Origin: Octopus vulgaris
Lineage: Eukaryota
NCBI GenBank assembly: GCA_951406725.2
Contig: OX597828.1
Span: 33,790,001-33,854,000 of the forward strand
DNA: 64,000 nt
Direction: 5' to 3'
Positions 12,651-28,420 of the stretch are shown one piece after another. A program made the translations under genes and the position numbers. Every line of letters begins with the position of its first letter. Position 1 is the stretch's first letter. The notes under the pieces are model-generated. The model ran no database searches. It worked only from the letters and a program-made list of their open reading frames with translations, and was not told the origin of the DNA.

Positions 12651-13789
12651 TGACATTAAAGCTGTACAGGCATATTTAGACCATGCCCCAATTTCAGCAA
12701 TGCATTCCAGGAAAATAAACTTTAGTGCATTAGAGCTTATGGGTGGCTCAACTTTGCATATAGGACTTGGTCTGCTTTTTTGAAGACATTTTTAGAGTAA
12801 AAATTGTGTCTTATATGCAAAATGCATATATATATTTATATATGTGTGTGTGTATGTGTGTGCACACACATATATATAGATATATGTATGCATAAAGTTT
12901 ACTGTTTCATTATAGGTAAGATCAACAAAAGATGTACCCTTTCCAATGAGAAACATGAAAGGAGAAGGAAAAGAAAAGTAAGAAAACCAAGATCTCCATC
13001 CCCTTTGTGTATAGAAATCCTAATTAATCTAGCTAGGGTAGAATAACATAATGGGGAGGAGACGAAAGTCTGTGAGATAGATACTCATTCTAGAGAAGGT
13101 GGTGTCCTCCAATTCAACAAAAGAAATTTGTCCATATACATGCATCTGCTCAAAATTTCAGATCTAGAAATTAAGTAGTGTGGTAGAATTCTTGAATCTA
13201 AAACACGAGTGCAATGTTTCAGCTACATATAATTTGAAGCTCTTTAATCCATTTATACATGGCATAGATTTTTCCATGATTCTCCACCTGATTCTATGTG
13301 TTGTACAGCTGGTCTTCAAATCCCATACATCATCATCATCATCATCATCGTTTAACGTCCGTTTTCCGCGCTAGCACGGGTTGGACGGTTCGACCGGGGT
13401 CTGGGAAGCCAGGGCTGCACCAGGCTCCAGTCTGATCTGGCAGCGTTTCTACAGCAGGATGCCCTTCCTAACGCCAACCACTCCGTGAGTGTAGTGGGTG
13501 CTTTTTACGTGCCACCTGCACAGGTGCCAGGGGGGTCTGGCATCGGCCACGATCGGTTGGTGCTTTTAACGTGCCACCGGCACATGTCTAACATAAATGT
13601 AATTCTCAGGGAGAATCAGCATGTCATAGTGTGAGACAAGTCTGCACTTTTTGAATTACAGAGACAATTCACTGCACAGGCTTGCATACATTTTCCATCT
13701 TCCCAATTTCACTCACAAAGCAAGAGCGGAGCCAACAATATGAAAAGTGGCAGTTACACAAGATGCCATAACCATTGCCTTGATGAGTT

Positions 13790-13976
13790 TACTCAATCAA
13801 ATTGACCCCGCTAATTGTTTCTTAAGTTATTTCTTAATTTTATCGATCTCTTTTGCTGAACCATTAAGTTACAGTGATGTAAACCAACAAACACCAGTTG
13901 TCAAACAATGGCAGGAGGACATATACAAAGTCACACACATATACATATGTATGTGTATGTATATGTGTGTGTGTGT

Positions 13977-14027
<51 letters not shown>

Positions 14028-14111
14028 TACATATATATGTGTGTGTGACTATATATATATATAGACATGTATATATATATACATACATATATACATATAT
14101 ATGTGTGTGTG

Positions 14112-14157
<46 letters not shown>

Positions 14158-14323
14158 TGTATATATATACATATATATATACACATACATATATATACAT
14201 TATACATATAAATGTGTGTGTGTGTCAAAAACACTCACCCAATACATCACAAAGTGGGATTGATCCTGAAACCATTTGGTTGCAAAGCAAGCTTCTTAAC
14301 CACACAGTCATGTGCCTGCACCT
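13790..14323 (-). mobile_element. SINE family A with expanded internal microsatellite
   Basis: Diverged tail and head flank about 300 bp of (TA)/(TG) repeats. Confidence 0.55.
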
Positions 14324-16385
14324 ATCATTTATTGTCTTTTTTTTCTTTTTGTTTTTGTTTCCGAATGCTATATCCGAAAGCCGAAAGTTGTTACAAGAGT
14401 ACAAAAGCAGGAGAAGCATGCAGGAATTCTCTTTTACAATTGGTTATTGATTTCTAAGTATTGATTTTTGTTTTTGCTTTCTTTTAAGGTGCTGACTTAG
14501 CAGAAATAGTCTCCAGCTCCAAAACTAAGACTCTTTCTGTATAGATTTCCATTCCTTGATATTCTGATTTCAAAATCCTACCTAAAAATCAACTCTTTGC
14601 TTTTTGTCCTTATGGCGAAGGGGGCAAAAGATCCAAGCAACAGACACAACAGTATCGTGTCATGGAATGCGACTGATTCAATCAACTCTAATATCTACAG
14701 AATTACACCAAAGTAAGCAATCAATAATAATTCCTTTTGACCAAGCACACAAGGTCAATTTCATCAATTAGTTTTAATTATACAGTGTTAATTACAGAAC
14801 AACCTACAGCAATGAACTCTACCTCCACTTAGTAACTATTTGCTGTATGATGGCCTCAACTACTTGAGTTTAATTCTAAATGAATATAAGTCAACTTGTA
14901 AAATTTTCAAAAATTACTTTCTATATTAAATGGCTTCAAACGATAGATGACTCGGTCTTGTTGCAACAGGTTAATTGCTTTTTTTTTTTACTTTGCTTTT
15001 ATGGTTTTCTTTTACTTTTCTTCTTTTTATTGCAGTTTATTTTAATTTTATTTAAAATATTCTTTTTTTATTTTTAACTACTTTACTACCTCGGCTATTT
15101 TGTGGACTCGATAGTAGACATAAACCAGCAAACTTTTACTGAATGTCTGCAAACTTTCCAATTTGATTCCAGACATTTAATGCAATATTACCGTTCAGTT
15201 TCCTCTAAATGTCGATTTTTTCCAACTTTAAATGCTTAAGACGTGGAACAGAAGCAGAAACATTCCAAGAATGGTTATTGAAGCATACTTAATTTCACAA
15301 TTGGGAATGAATGTGCTTTCTAGAACAGCAGGGAATGTTATAGTTTTTGTCTGGTTTCTTTATTTATAGTCTTTTTATATTGTCTTATGCTACATTTTTT
15401 CTGTCTTATTTTCTCTCCCACCCCACCTCTCTCTCTCTCTCCATACATTAACATAGAAAGCTACATTTGATTGCATTAACGAGGTGTTGCAAAATCAATG
15501 GAAAGGTCCACAGTTCATACCACATCAACAGCACTGCACTTACACACCTACACCTTAATTCTAACATGGCTCAGACCATTTGGCTGTATATAGATACTGA
15601 GGTAGGAGGAAGGAAGGAATCATTATAATTGTTGTTAGTGGGAGTATCATATAATTAATGAGTGCTTCATTAATATCATCATCATCATCGTTGCTTTTAC
15701 ATTGCCATGCTGGTATGGGTCGGACAGGGCTTTTTTAAGGTCAGCTGTTCCTTCCTGATACCAACTCTTCTAGTTTCCTCAAACAACAAAAGGTGGTGCT
15801 CCAGCATGGCCACAGATAATGAGCTGAAACTAGTTCAATTCAATTCAACATGCAAAAATTTCATTGCTGACATCAAATCCTTCCATGACTGTCACTAAGA
15901 CAGTAACGGCCACTTCTAGACTGTGTTTACAAAAAAACCAAACCACTTGATATGTAAAAATAGCAGTGAAAACTCCCTCAGATCACACCTACTAACGATT
16001 TGTTAAACAATGTGTTTATGTAGTTGCAGATATACAAAAAGACAGTGTGGCATGGCTGGAAGGCCTTTGGAGCTAAACAAAAACAGCAGCAAGATAGTCT
16101 TTGTGTGGAATCCTTTTAATCTAATGGTCAGTCATACACACACAAACACACACATAGAATAAAAGATAGATATATGCACACACAATGAATAAGCAAACAT
16201 ACACACACCACACACACACACACATACATGAAGACAAACGCATAGAAACAAGCAAATGAACACGCACACAAAGAGAAAAACAAATATACATGCACACACA
16301 TACAAACAAGTAAACACGCACAAAAACAAAAAAAAACACACTCAGACACACACATACATAAACGCATACACATGCACACACACAA

Positions 16386-16422
<37 letters not shown>

Positions 16423-16611
16423 GTTAAGCAATTAGTAAGAAGACCAGACTTATCAAAGGTCAGCTATCTCTGAAAGACTGTGAAAAAATAGAAATGGTAA
16501 ATTATTTTAAAAGATCCGTGATTATGTTTCTAATGAGTATACACAGCTGTGTGCTTCAATTAATTTGGAGTCTAATCAAGGTTTTTTGGAGGGCTTCAAT
16601 TAAAACATCTG

Positions 16612-16802
16612 AACATACATATACACACACACACACACATATATAAATATATATACACACATACATACATATATATATATACACACATACATACATATAC
16701 ACACACATACATATATATATATATACACACACATACATACATATATATATATACACACATACATACATATATATATACACACACATACATATATATATAT
16801 AT

Positions 16803-16833
<31 letters not shown>

Positions 16834-17128
16834 CACACACATACATATATATATATACACACATACATATATATATATATATACACACACATACATATAT
16901 ATATATATACACACACACATACATATATATATATATACACACATACATATATATATATATACACACATACATATATATATATATACACACATACATATAT
17001 ATATATATACACACATATATATATATATATATACACACATACATATATATATATATACACACATACATATATATATATATACACACATACATATATATAT
17101 ATATACACACATACATATATATATATAT

Positions 17129-17163
<35 letters not shown>

Positions 17164-17165
17164 CT

Positions 17166-17194
<29 letters not shown>
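16612..17194. repeat. Compound (TA)n/(CA)n microsatellite with a higher-order period of about 24 bp
   Basis: Repeating acacacatacatatatatatatat units. Confidence 0.9.
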
Positions 17195-17196
<2 letters not shown>

Positions 17197-17199
17197 TCG

Positions 17200-17917
17200 T
17201 TTCTGTAATCATATTTCATTTCTCTGTCGCTCCTTGATTCACCACCTCATCCCTAAAGGTTTCTGCTTCCATTTCCACCCCACTCTCCACTCTGCTACAA
17301 CCATCCTATCCATACTCCGTACTAAATCCTCCCACCTTATGCGTGCCACCATTCATTCTAATCTCTCTTCCTCTTGCTTTTTCCATCTTCTTCTCTCTGT
17401 TGCTCTCCAATGCAAACACCACGTTGGTTGCGTTACATAATTCATTTAAATCATCTCTTTCATCAATTTCTCATTCGCACCAAACAACGTAAACTCCACT
17501 CACTCCTTCATTCCATCACACCTGATGCCACTACCCAAACTCCTCCACTACCCCTCTCCCTCCCTGATAAGCTCCCCCACCCTCACCAAACCTCCCATCC
17601 CTCCAACCCCCACACACACACATACCCTCTCCCCACCACCCTTCCATCATCCCCACCACCCTTCCTATTTCTATCCCAGACACCCCTTCTCCACTTCAGT
17701 CTGGCATTCTCCACCTCTGTCTGGCATTCGCCATGATGGATTGCTAGCCACTACACATTATTTTCTCTCCTTGTTTCTTTCTGTGTTCCTTTCTGTGGAA
17801 GAGCATAGGCTCGAAACATTAAAGACTTTTTCACTTCCCGAGCGTTATACTAATACATCTGTTTGTTGTCTACACCACCTGTCTTTGTTTTTTTGTTTTT
17901 TTTTGTGAATTCTCCCA
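17200..17917 (+). mobile_element. Penelope-like element remnant with pseudo-LTR and variant HHR
   Basis: C-rich decayed ORF ([14 protein letters not shown]) followed by a repeat containing cttt ctgtggaa gagc atag gctc gaaac att aaag. The same repeat occurs twice at 24795-25190. Confidence 0.55.
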
Positions 17918-19378
17918 AATAAATATATATACATATACATATATATATACACACATATACATATATATATATATAAATATATATACATATATATATACAT
18001 ATATATATACACATATATATATATACATATATATATGTATTATACACACACACATATATATATATATATGATTATAACAATAAGGGTTTAGCATATATAT
18101 ACATACATTCAGACACACACTCATGTCCATATGCACATGCATGCACATATGTAAATACACATATATATGTGATATACATATATAAATACACACATTCACA
18201 CATATACACACATACACATATATATATATACACACACATATACACACAAACACATACACTTACACACACACACACACACAGATATATGCACAGACAAACT
18301 TATACATAAGTATATTTATTATAACTTCATTTGTTTATTTGTTTTGTGTGGGTGTTTTTGTTTCCTATGCCAGACAAGGTTGAACAAATACTTTATTTTG
18401 AAGCAATATTTTCACAGCTGGATGTTCTTCCTGTCACCAACCTTTTCCTGTTTTACAAGTAAGGAAATCATTATTTCACTACTTCAAGAGAGTAAGCAAT
18501 GTTCACCTGGAAGGTAAATACACAACCACTTTTTACACTCAGAACATCTCGTATAAGAAATAAAAGCAGCAAAAATGTTAACTTTCATCCATACATGCGT
18601 ACATACATACACAAGCATACAAATATATACACATACACATGCATACAGGCTCACATACACACACAATGTGCTTCTATGTTGTTTCCCTCCACTAATTTCC
18701 TACACAATGGTGAACCCAAAAGAATTCAGATCCTAAAAAAAACCAAGGTGCCACATAAAAAGCATTCGGGTGGATACTGGTGCCACAAAAAGGGCACCTA
18801 TGTCGGTGCCACACTAAAAGCACCCTGTACACTTTGTAAAGTGGTTGGCGCTGGGAAGGGTATCCAGCTGTGGAAACCAGGCCAAAACAGACTTTGGAAC
18901 TTGGTGTGGCCACTGGCCTTGCTATTCTTGTCAAGCCATACAACCCATGGCAGGACGGAAAAACAGGCATGAAATGTTGATGATGATGACGATGATGATG
19001 AGACCAATAACAGAAGATAATAACAGAAGATAATTTCACAGCAAGACTGAACCTAAATCCAAACAGCCCCACCACAAAGTAAGGGTGGGTATACTCGTGT
19101 GTGCAGCCTACATCAAACAGCCCAATGAAAGCTAAGAAGACCAAAACTTCGAAGTCACTGTCAACACTATTCTAGTTAAACAATAATAAATTTATTCCCT
19201 CTAAAGAATACTGACTAAACCTTCAGTTTAGTGTAGCTTTTTCCCATTGTAACTTGACATAACAAATGTATGTGTGTGTGTGTGTGTGTGTGTGCACGCG
19301 CACATGCATACATGTGGTCATCAGTTAACATCTACATTTCGTGCTAGCATATATGTATATACACAAGTATATACATAT

Positions 19379-19781
19379 AGGTGCAGATATGGCTGTGTGG
19401 TGACAAGTTTGCTTCCCAACCACAAGGTCCTGGGTTCAGTCCCATTGTACAGCATCTTGGGCAAGTGTCTTCTACTATACCTTTGGGCCAACCAAAACCT
19501 TGTGGATTTGACAGATGGAAACTGAAAGAAGTCCATTGTGTGTGTGCGTGCATGTGTTTCTGTCTGTGTTTGTCCCACGCCACCGCTTGCCAACCAGTGT
19601 TGGTGTGTTTATGTCCCTGTACCTCAACAGTTCAGCAATGTATGTATGTATAGCGGTTCGGCAAAAGAGACCGATAGAATAAGTACTGGGCTTACAAAGA
19701 ATAAGTCCCGGGGTCGATTTGCTTGACTAAAGGTGGTGCTCCAGCATGGCCTTGCAGTCAAATGACTGAAACAAGTAAAAG
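19379..19781 (+). mobile_element. SINE family A
   Basis: Head and tail match 9649-10078. Confidence 0.75.
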
Positions 19782-19804
19782 GTAATATATATATAAATAG
19801 AGTA

Positions 19805-19853
<49 letters not shown>

Positions 19854-20249
19854 GGATGAGGCGCCTGGGTAGGCAAGGTAGGCAGTGCTTACCCTGAATA
19901 AAATAGATCAACAGTAGCATTTTCCTTTATGGCAAGATATGCATCTAATTCAATAAAATTATGGAAGTTAACTCTGAATATTATGCATAAAATGCAAATT
20001 ATTTTATTTTGTAGATTAGGTAGGCATGATTTGCCCTGCCTTTCAATTTCGGTATTAAAGCTACACATACAACTGCAGTACACGTGCCGCATACATTCCT
20101 ACAACAACAGTTTCTTTATGCGCTATAAAGGTAGAAGTAAATCTGCCTCCAACTCAATTTCACACCTGTATTTTGCTTATTTTTTTGTGTGTTTTACTAC
20201 ATAACCATCACCAACTGTCTACCCTGAGTAATTACTGATGGCACATGCT

Positions 20250-20293
<44 letters not shown>

Positions 20294-20322
20294 TAGCATG
20301 GAGAACGGACGCTAAATGATGA

Positions 20323-20369
<47 letters not shown>

Positions 20370-20388
20370 ACAGTCAAGGATATATATA

Positions 20389-20801
20389 CTCTTTTTACTC
20401 TTTACTCTTTTACTTGTTTCAGTCATTTGACTGCGGCCATGCTGGAGCACTGCCTTTAATTGAGCAACTCGACCCCGGGACTTATTCGTTTGTAAGCCCA
20501 GTACTTATTCTATCGGTCTCTTTTGCCGAACCGCCAAGTAACGGGGACATAAACACACCAGCATTGGTTGTCAAGCAATGCTAGGGGGACATACACACAA
20601 ACACAAACACGCATATATATATATATATACATATATACGACGGGCTTCTTTCAGTTTCCGTCTACCAAATCCACTCACAAGGCTTTGGTCGGCCCGAGGC
20701 TATAGTAGAAGACACTTGCCCAAGGTGCCACGCAGCGGGACTGAACCCGGAACCATGTGGTTGGTAAACAAGCTACTTACCACACAACCACTCCTGCGCC
20801 T
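20389..20801 (-). mobile_element. SINE family A
   Basis: Full-length reverse complement of 9649-10078. Confidence 0.85.
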
Positions 20802-21230
20802 ATATTGTCATACATGAAGTACATCTGTGATCTTTTGGACATGTTTCATGAATAGAGTTTCAGGTAGAAGCCTCTGCTGAAGTTCACTTGTTATTAGTTT
20901 CATTTAAGACCAATGGTTTGCTGGCCAAAGTCAATCACAAGAGAGACGATGTTGGGAATCACAATGTGACTGTAAGAGACTGTACAGAGCCATCTTCCTT
21001 AAAAATCCAGCAGCTCAGACAGGCATCTTCTTAATCTGCCTGGCTCTGTAGTATAAACATCTTATTTTCAAAAGTTCTGAATTAAAATCTTCCACCAAAC
21101 CTTAGTCACAATTTATGTTCCTAACACTAGCTTAATGATAATTAAGTTATTTTACTAAATTCTTTGTTATATTTAAAGTAACTGAAAGAAACAAAGAGCA
21201 TCTCAAAATAAATACGGTAATGAAAGGGTT

Positions 21231-21643
21231 ACTCTTTTTACACTTTTACACTTTTACTTGTTTCAGTCATTTGACTGCGGCCATGCTGGAGCACCGCCTT
21301 TAGTCGAGGAAATCGACCCCAGAACTTATTCTTTGTAAGCCCAGTACTTATTCTATCGGTCTCTTTTGCCGAACTGCTAAGTGACGGGGACGTAAACACA
21401 CCAGCATCGGTTGTCAAGCAATGCTAGGGAGACAAACACAGACACACAAACACAGACACACATACATATATATATATACGACAGGCTTCTTTCAGTTTCC
21501 GTCTACCAAATCCACTCACAAGGCATTGGTCGGCCCGGGACTACAGCAGAAGACACTTGCCCAAGATGCCACGCAGTGGGACTGAACCCGGAACCATGTG
21601 GTTGATTAGCAAGCTACTTACCACACAGCCACTCCTGCGCCTA
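21231..21643 (-). mobile_element. SINE family A
   Basis: Full-length reverse complement of 9649-10078. Confidence 0.85.
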
Positions 21644-22053
21644 TTGATCTACAATTAAATTGCTTACCTTGTGTGAAAATAAATTAGAACAAATTATTAT
21701 CATTACTAGGAGGAGCAGCAAGGGGGAGAGCTGGGAGATTCATTAGTAATTTAAAAGGGGACGCGATTGCAGTTCTGTCTCCCTTACTACTCCCAACCTA
21801 CAGACATTGAAAACTTTGGCTCAATAACATATTCTAATAATAACAACAACACCAAAAATGCAAAAACCTTAATTATTATGTCTCAACATTGATGGCAATG
21901 TTTTGCAGAAGTGACCTCTGCTCATCTAAAGCAACCCACGTGGGTTGAAATAATTGTAGAACTATGGAGATATTAGGAATATATTTACCATTTTGTTTTC
22001 ACGTTAAGATCAGAGCAGCCATATACATATATATATGTGTGTGTGTGTGTGTG

Positions 22054-22105
<52 letters not shown>

Positions 22106-22269
22106 TATATGTATATGTATGTGTATATATATATATATGTGTGTGTGTGTATACATGTGTATATATATATATATATATACATACATATACATACATACAT
22201 ACGTGTGAGAATGGGGGGGTTATATATATTTACATGTATTTATACATGTGTATGTGCATTCACAGATAT

Positions 22270-22307
<38 letters not shown>

Positions 22308-23085
22308 CAATACATATTTGTACTTATATATTTACACATGTATATATAAATATATATACACACACACACCTGCTTCAACAGTGTGTAATAAATATGTGTG
22401 TGGGGGGGTGTATAAATACACACACACACACAGGTGCATATATGCATGTATACATGTGTGCACATGTATAGTTGCATGTGTATGCAGGCATGTGTGCATG
22501 TGCGTGTGTACACATTACACAAAATTATATACACACATAGATAATTATATATATGTACATGTATTTATATATACGTGGATATATGATTACATATTGCATG
22601 AATTAGCTGTCTATTCAATAAGACTGTTTGAAGATGTCCACATTTCAACATTATATTCGAGATCAAAAAATAGATAAACACAACAAATTATAGTCTATAT
22701 GTGCGTATTTGTGTGTGTGTGTATATGTGTGTTCGTGTGTGTATATGTGTTTGTGTGTGCATATCTATGTACTAACAAATTATGCATTTCTATGTATGTA
22801 TATATATATAGGTATATATATATATATATACACACACATATCAATACATATTTGTACTTATATATTTACACATGTATATATAAATATAAATACACACACA
22901 CACCTGCTTCAACAGTATATATAAATATATACACACACACATATATGTGTCTGTAGCATATATACAAAACCATTTACAAGTCATACATTTGAATCTACAT
23001 AAAAACATATTTGCATGTATGTGTGTGTGTGTGTGTGTGTGAATATGAATACACATGATAATATATAGAGAAGAGAGAGAGAAAG

Positions 23086-23116
<31 letters not shown>

Positions 23117-23751
23117 CATACACATACATACAGATATACACGCCAAAACAGATATACAAACATACATACATACATGCATACATATATGTACATATAAACA
23201 CACAGATACATACACATATGTACACACACATACACACATATGTACATACATACACGTATACAGATATATACAGTATGTGTTGGGGTGGTTGATACAGGCT
23301 TGGTTTTGTGGTTAAGAAGTTCACTTCCTAATGACATCAGAGCATCAGGTTCAATCCCACAGCACAGCACTCTGAGGCAAGTGTCTTCTACTATAACCCT
23401 AGGCTGCCCACTGCTTTGCAAGAGGACCTGGTAGACAGAAAGGGAACAAAGCAAGCCATATAGACATTCAATGGTTTGTTTTACATCTGCTTTCCCATGT
23501 TTGCATGGGTTGGGTGAATCTGTTACTTGAAGCATTGTATTACAGCCAGGGCCCTTCCTGATGCTTACTCCGACTTGTTTATAAAATAAGAATCTCTTAT
23601 TCTATATAGATTTAGGGGCCTGGAGTAAGAGGACTAATTGTTGACTTGGTGAACCTGTTGGTGCTGGGGCCAAGCAAAATGCACCTGATACACTCTGTAA
23701 AACAGTTGGCATTAGAAACTGAGCGAAAACAGGCAATGGAACTTGGTGCAG

Positions 23752-23884
23752 ACGATGATGATGATGATGGTGATAGTGATAATGATGGTGATAGTGATGA
23801 TGATGGTGATAGTGATGATGATGGTGATAGCGATGATGATGGTGATGATGATGATGATGGTGATAGTGATGATGATGGTGATAA
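23752..23884. repeat. 18-bp (GATGATGATGGTGATAGT)n repeat
   Basis: Direct tandem units; source of the poly-His and poly-Asp pseudo-ORFs. Confidence 0.85.
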
Positions 23885-23929
23885 CCACTCATCAAAACTT
23901 TCACGGTTACTGAAAAGTAATTATAAGTG

Positions 23930-24490
23930 AAGTTATGCAGAGAAATTGGACAGAATGAATGGGTAGGTAAGTTTTTGAGAAAGGGAAAGGAGAGAGACAG
24001 ATGGAGAGAGATGAGAATAGAGGCGATTGCAGTGAATAGAGAACAGCTTGGGTAGAGGGATAAGGTGGAGGTGACAGGAGGCGATGCAGAATGTGGACAA
24101 TGTGCAAGAAAGGCACAGTGCCGGAGACAATGTCAGAGGCAAATAGGGGTGAAAATAAGTCATAGGAGCTTTCATTGGTAGAATGTAAGGGTTGGTGTAC
24201 AGAGGAAGAGTTGAGGTGAAAGGGGAAATAAGATGGAAAATAAAATGTTCCTTGCTTTGATACAGAGATTCTTTTATGAGGCACTTAATAAATGAACAGG
24301 ATGTTGAATCACCACAGTGCCATTATGGTGATGGAACCAACAATATCAGTCCAAGTACCTCTATACTTCCACTGCTTCAAAATAACATGGTGGAGACATT
24401 TTTCTGGACAGCTATAGATAATTTTTACAGTGTTTTTATTGAACATCCTGCAACCCTTGTGATGGATGGGAAAAGATATTTTTTACCAGC
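23930..24490 (-). mobile_element. Degraded Penelope-like RT remnants
   Basis: Minus frame near 24405-24485 reads FPIHHKGCRMFNKNTVKIIYSC, resembling the PLE RT motif KIFNRNTVKISYSC. The adjacent CT-rich decayed sequence resembles 17240-17520. Confidence 0.4.
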
Positions 24491-24794
24491 AACAGGAAAT
24501 TGGTAGCAATGGCAGAGTGAAACAAATATATTTTTTTTCTTTTCTTGCATTTGTGAATTCCATTTGTGTATATATCCCAGATTCCCTTCAAATCTACATT
24601 TTCTGTGCGTATCATTATAATAAAGTACAGCTCAATTATAATTCTTAAATAAAAAAAAAAAGTAGTCCACTGTGTGTCTATTGCACATATACATACATTT
24701 ATTCTCTAAATCTATGATGAACATTTTTATATAAAATGCCTAAAGCAATATATACATTTTGTGTATGCACATTATATATATATATATAATGTAC

Positions 24795-25190
24795 ATAGTT
24801 GAAATTTACAGAAAAACAAAAGATGAAGACAGGTGTATAAACAACAAACAGGTGCATTTATTAGTCTGACACGTAGGAAGTTGAGAAAGTTTTTTATGTT
24901 TCGAGCCTACATTCTTCAACAGAAAGGGACACAAGAAAATAAACAGAGAGAGAATAAAAAAAAAACTTATAGATTTAGAGGACAATCAATATATAGTTGG
25001 AATTTACAAAACAAAAAAAAAAAAAATTACGACAGGTGTGTAAACAACAAACAGGTGTATTAGTTTAATGCTCGGGAAGGTGAGAAAGTCTTTTTTTTAC
25101 ATTTCGAGCCTGCGCTCTTTGACAGAAAGGAACACAAGGAAATAAACAGAGAGAGAATAAAAAAGCTTAGGGGCTAGTGATCGATGAATA
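24795..25190 (-). mobile_element. Tandem pair of Penelope-like pseudo-LTRs with variant HHR
   Basis: Two direct copies (about 24795-24985 and 24995-25190) that are reverse complements of 17735-17915. Confidence 0.6.
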
Positions 25191-25714
25191 TGTGTATATA
25201 TGTATATATATATAAATGTGTGTGTGTGTATGTGTGTGTGTGTGTACATGCTCAGAATTACCTGCTTCCCAGCAAGGTAATAGTTGTCCATGGCTGCGAC
25301 ATGTTTTTCAGGGAGGAATAGAAATAAACATTATTGCATGTGTGACAATGATGCTTGTTAACAACCATCACATGATGTACACATGCACATACATACGTGG
25401 GAGTGGGGAGAAGGGCTTCCTTCAGTTTCTCTCAACCAAATCAACTCACATGACTTTGGTCAGCCTAAGGCCGTAGTAGAAGACATTTGCTCAAAGTGCT
25501 GCACTGTGGGACTGAACCCAAGACTACGTGGTTGTGAAGCAAGTGTCTTAACCACATATCAACACTTGTGTCTCTAAAACACACCTACATGCATACATAC
25601 ATACACACATATATATATATATACACGCACATATATATATGCACATATATACACACACACATATATTTATACACATACACACACATATATATACACACGC
25701 ATATATGTATATAT

Positions 25715-25769
<55 letters not shown>

Positions 25770-26069
25770 AACACACCACGTAAAAGGCATCCAGTCCACA
25801 CTTTAAAGGGATTGGTGTTTGGAAGGGCATCTGGCTGTAAAAGCCTTGCCAAAACTGACCTCGCCTGTGCTTTTGCTAATTCAAAAGCACTCAGTCCACT
25901 GTGCTGGGTGGTTGATGTTAGGAAGGCCAACCAGCCATAAAAAAAAAAAACCTGTCAAAACAGACACAGCAGCCTGGGGTAGTCTTCTACCTGGCTGGCT
26001 CTTGTCAAATCGTCCAACCCATGCATGCATAGAAGATAGACATTAAACAATGATGATGATGATGATACA

Positions 26070-26470
<401 letters not shown>

Positions 26471-26987
26471 ATATTTACAAATGTATATATAGAAATATCA
26501 ACATATACACACCAAGCACATACACATACATACATCTAAGTACACACACATATATATAAAATCACACATACATACACAACACACACATATATAAAATCAC
26601 ACATACGTACACAACACACACTCATACACGTCTGTGTGGTGGTGTGTTTATATAACAAGTGAAGAATGGTGTTTGCTGGTATTGCATTTGTTCCACAGTT
26701 TGCAACTGTTTCAGTAAAGTTGAGGTGACAAATCATACAATATGCAAGAGGCCATTGCAAGAGAGCACCAGTACTGTAATATATCGATTATACAACACAA
26801 CGCATCACATAACAATGAACCCATATTCATCTAGTTATAACCCTCGTGAACAAATAGATGTGGTTACCAGACGGATGAGTCTGCTTATACGGTTTGTCAC
26901 GTGGGCCTTTCTAACACGGTTGTAAACCGGGGAATAACTGACCAACCAATAACTCATATCTACCGATAGTTATTTACACTTCATGAC

Positions 26988-27414
26988 TCTCTCTTTACTC
27001 TTTTACTCTTTTACTCGTTTCAGTCATGTGACTGTGGCCATGCTGGAGCACCGCCTTCAGTCGAGCAAATCGACCCCAAAACTTATTCTTTGTAAGCCTA
27101 GTACTTATTCTATCGGTTTCTTTTGCCGAACCTCTAAGTTATGGGGGACGTAAGTAAACACACCAGCATCGGTTGTTAAGCAATGTTTGGGGGAACAAAC
27201 ACAGACACACAAACATATATATATATAAATGTATATATATACATACATATATATGACAGGCTTCTTTCAGCTTCCATCTACCAAATCCAATCACAAAGCT
27301 TTGGCCGGCCCAAGGCTATAGTAGAAGACACTTGCCCAAGGTGCCACGCAGTGGGACTGAACCCAAAACCATGTGGTTGGTAAGCAAGCTTCTTACCACA
27401 CAGCCACACCTGTG
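26988..27414 (-). mobile_element. SINE family A
   Basis: Full-length reverse-oriented copy. Confidence 0.8.
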
Positions 27415-27629
27415 CTCATTTATATTGATCATTTATCTTTTATTTGTTTCAGTCATTGGACTGCAGCCATGCTGGGGCACTGCCATGAAAGGTTTAATTG
27501 ACCAAATTGACCTCAGTACTCATTCATATATATGAAAGTGACTTTGAAGTTTGGGCCAGTTAAGCCATCACAGGCACTATCAATAGAATTTATGTTTAAG
27601 AATAATAAATATATAAATACATATATACA

Positions 27630-28143
27630 CATGCCAGCGCTGCCTACTCGTGGCCGATGCCAGCGCCGCCTCCACTGGCTTCCGTGCCGGTGGCACGTAA
27701 AATACACCAATCTGACCGTACGACAGGCAACCATGCCAACCCCCTTGCTTGCGAAGACATGTTGGGGCAAGCGAAATCGAAATCGAAATCGAATTGAACC
27801 AGCCAGGATCCCTGGTCTGGTGGTACGTAAAAAGCACTATCCGACTCGTGGCCGATGCCAGCACCCCCTCGTTTGGCTTCCGTGCAGGTGTCACATAAAA
27901 TACACCAATCCGACCGTGGCCGTTGCCAGCCTCGCCTGGCACCTGTGCAGGTGGCACGTAAAAAGCACCCACTACACTCACGGAGTGATTGGCGTTAGGA
28001 AGGGCATCCAGCTGTAGAAACACTGCCAGATAAGACTGGAGCCTGGTGCAGCCTTCTGGCTTTCCAGATCCCCGGTCGAACCGTCCAACCCATGCTAGCA
28101 TGGAGAACGGACGTTAAACGATGATGATGATGATGATGATGAT
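27630..28143 (+). mobile_element. Retroposon family B (RTE-like end, (GAT)n tail), representative copy
   Basis: Subrepeats tgccggtggcacgtaaaa, then ggcgttaggaagggcatccagctgtagaaa...ggacgttaaacgatgatgat. Other copies lie near 6540-6730, 8278-8670(-), 13328-13585(-), 18750-19000, 25780-26065, 28600-28830, 41490-41840, 43350-43650(-), 47980-48380, 51940-52085, 53800-53990, 60220-60385(-), 60715-60890(-) and 63420-63695. Confidence 0.7.
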
Positions 28144-28211
28144 ATAAATATATATATACATATGAATATATATATACATATATATATATATACATATGAA
28201 TATATATATAC

Positions 28212-28242
<31 letters not shown>

Positions 28243-28245
28243 CAC

Positions 28246-28338
<93 letters not shown>

Positions 28339-28345
28339 TATATAC

Positions 28346-28396
<51 letters not shown>

Positions 28397-28420
28397 CACA
28401 CACACATATATATATATGTA
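28142..28420. repeat. Long (TA)n microsatellite
   Basis: About 280 bp dominated by TA dinucleotides. Confidence 0.95.

Noticed and set aside
23602-23930. Poly-His and poly-Asp ORFs
   Set aside because: They come from a (GAT)-derived repeat tail.
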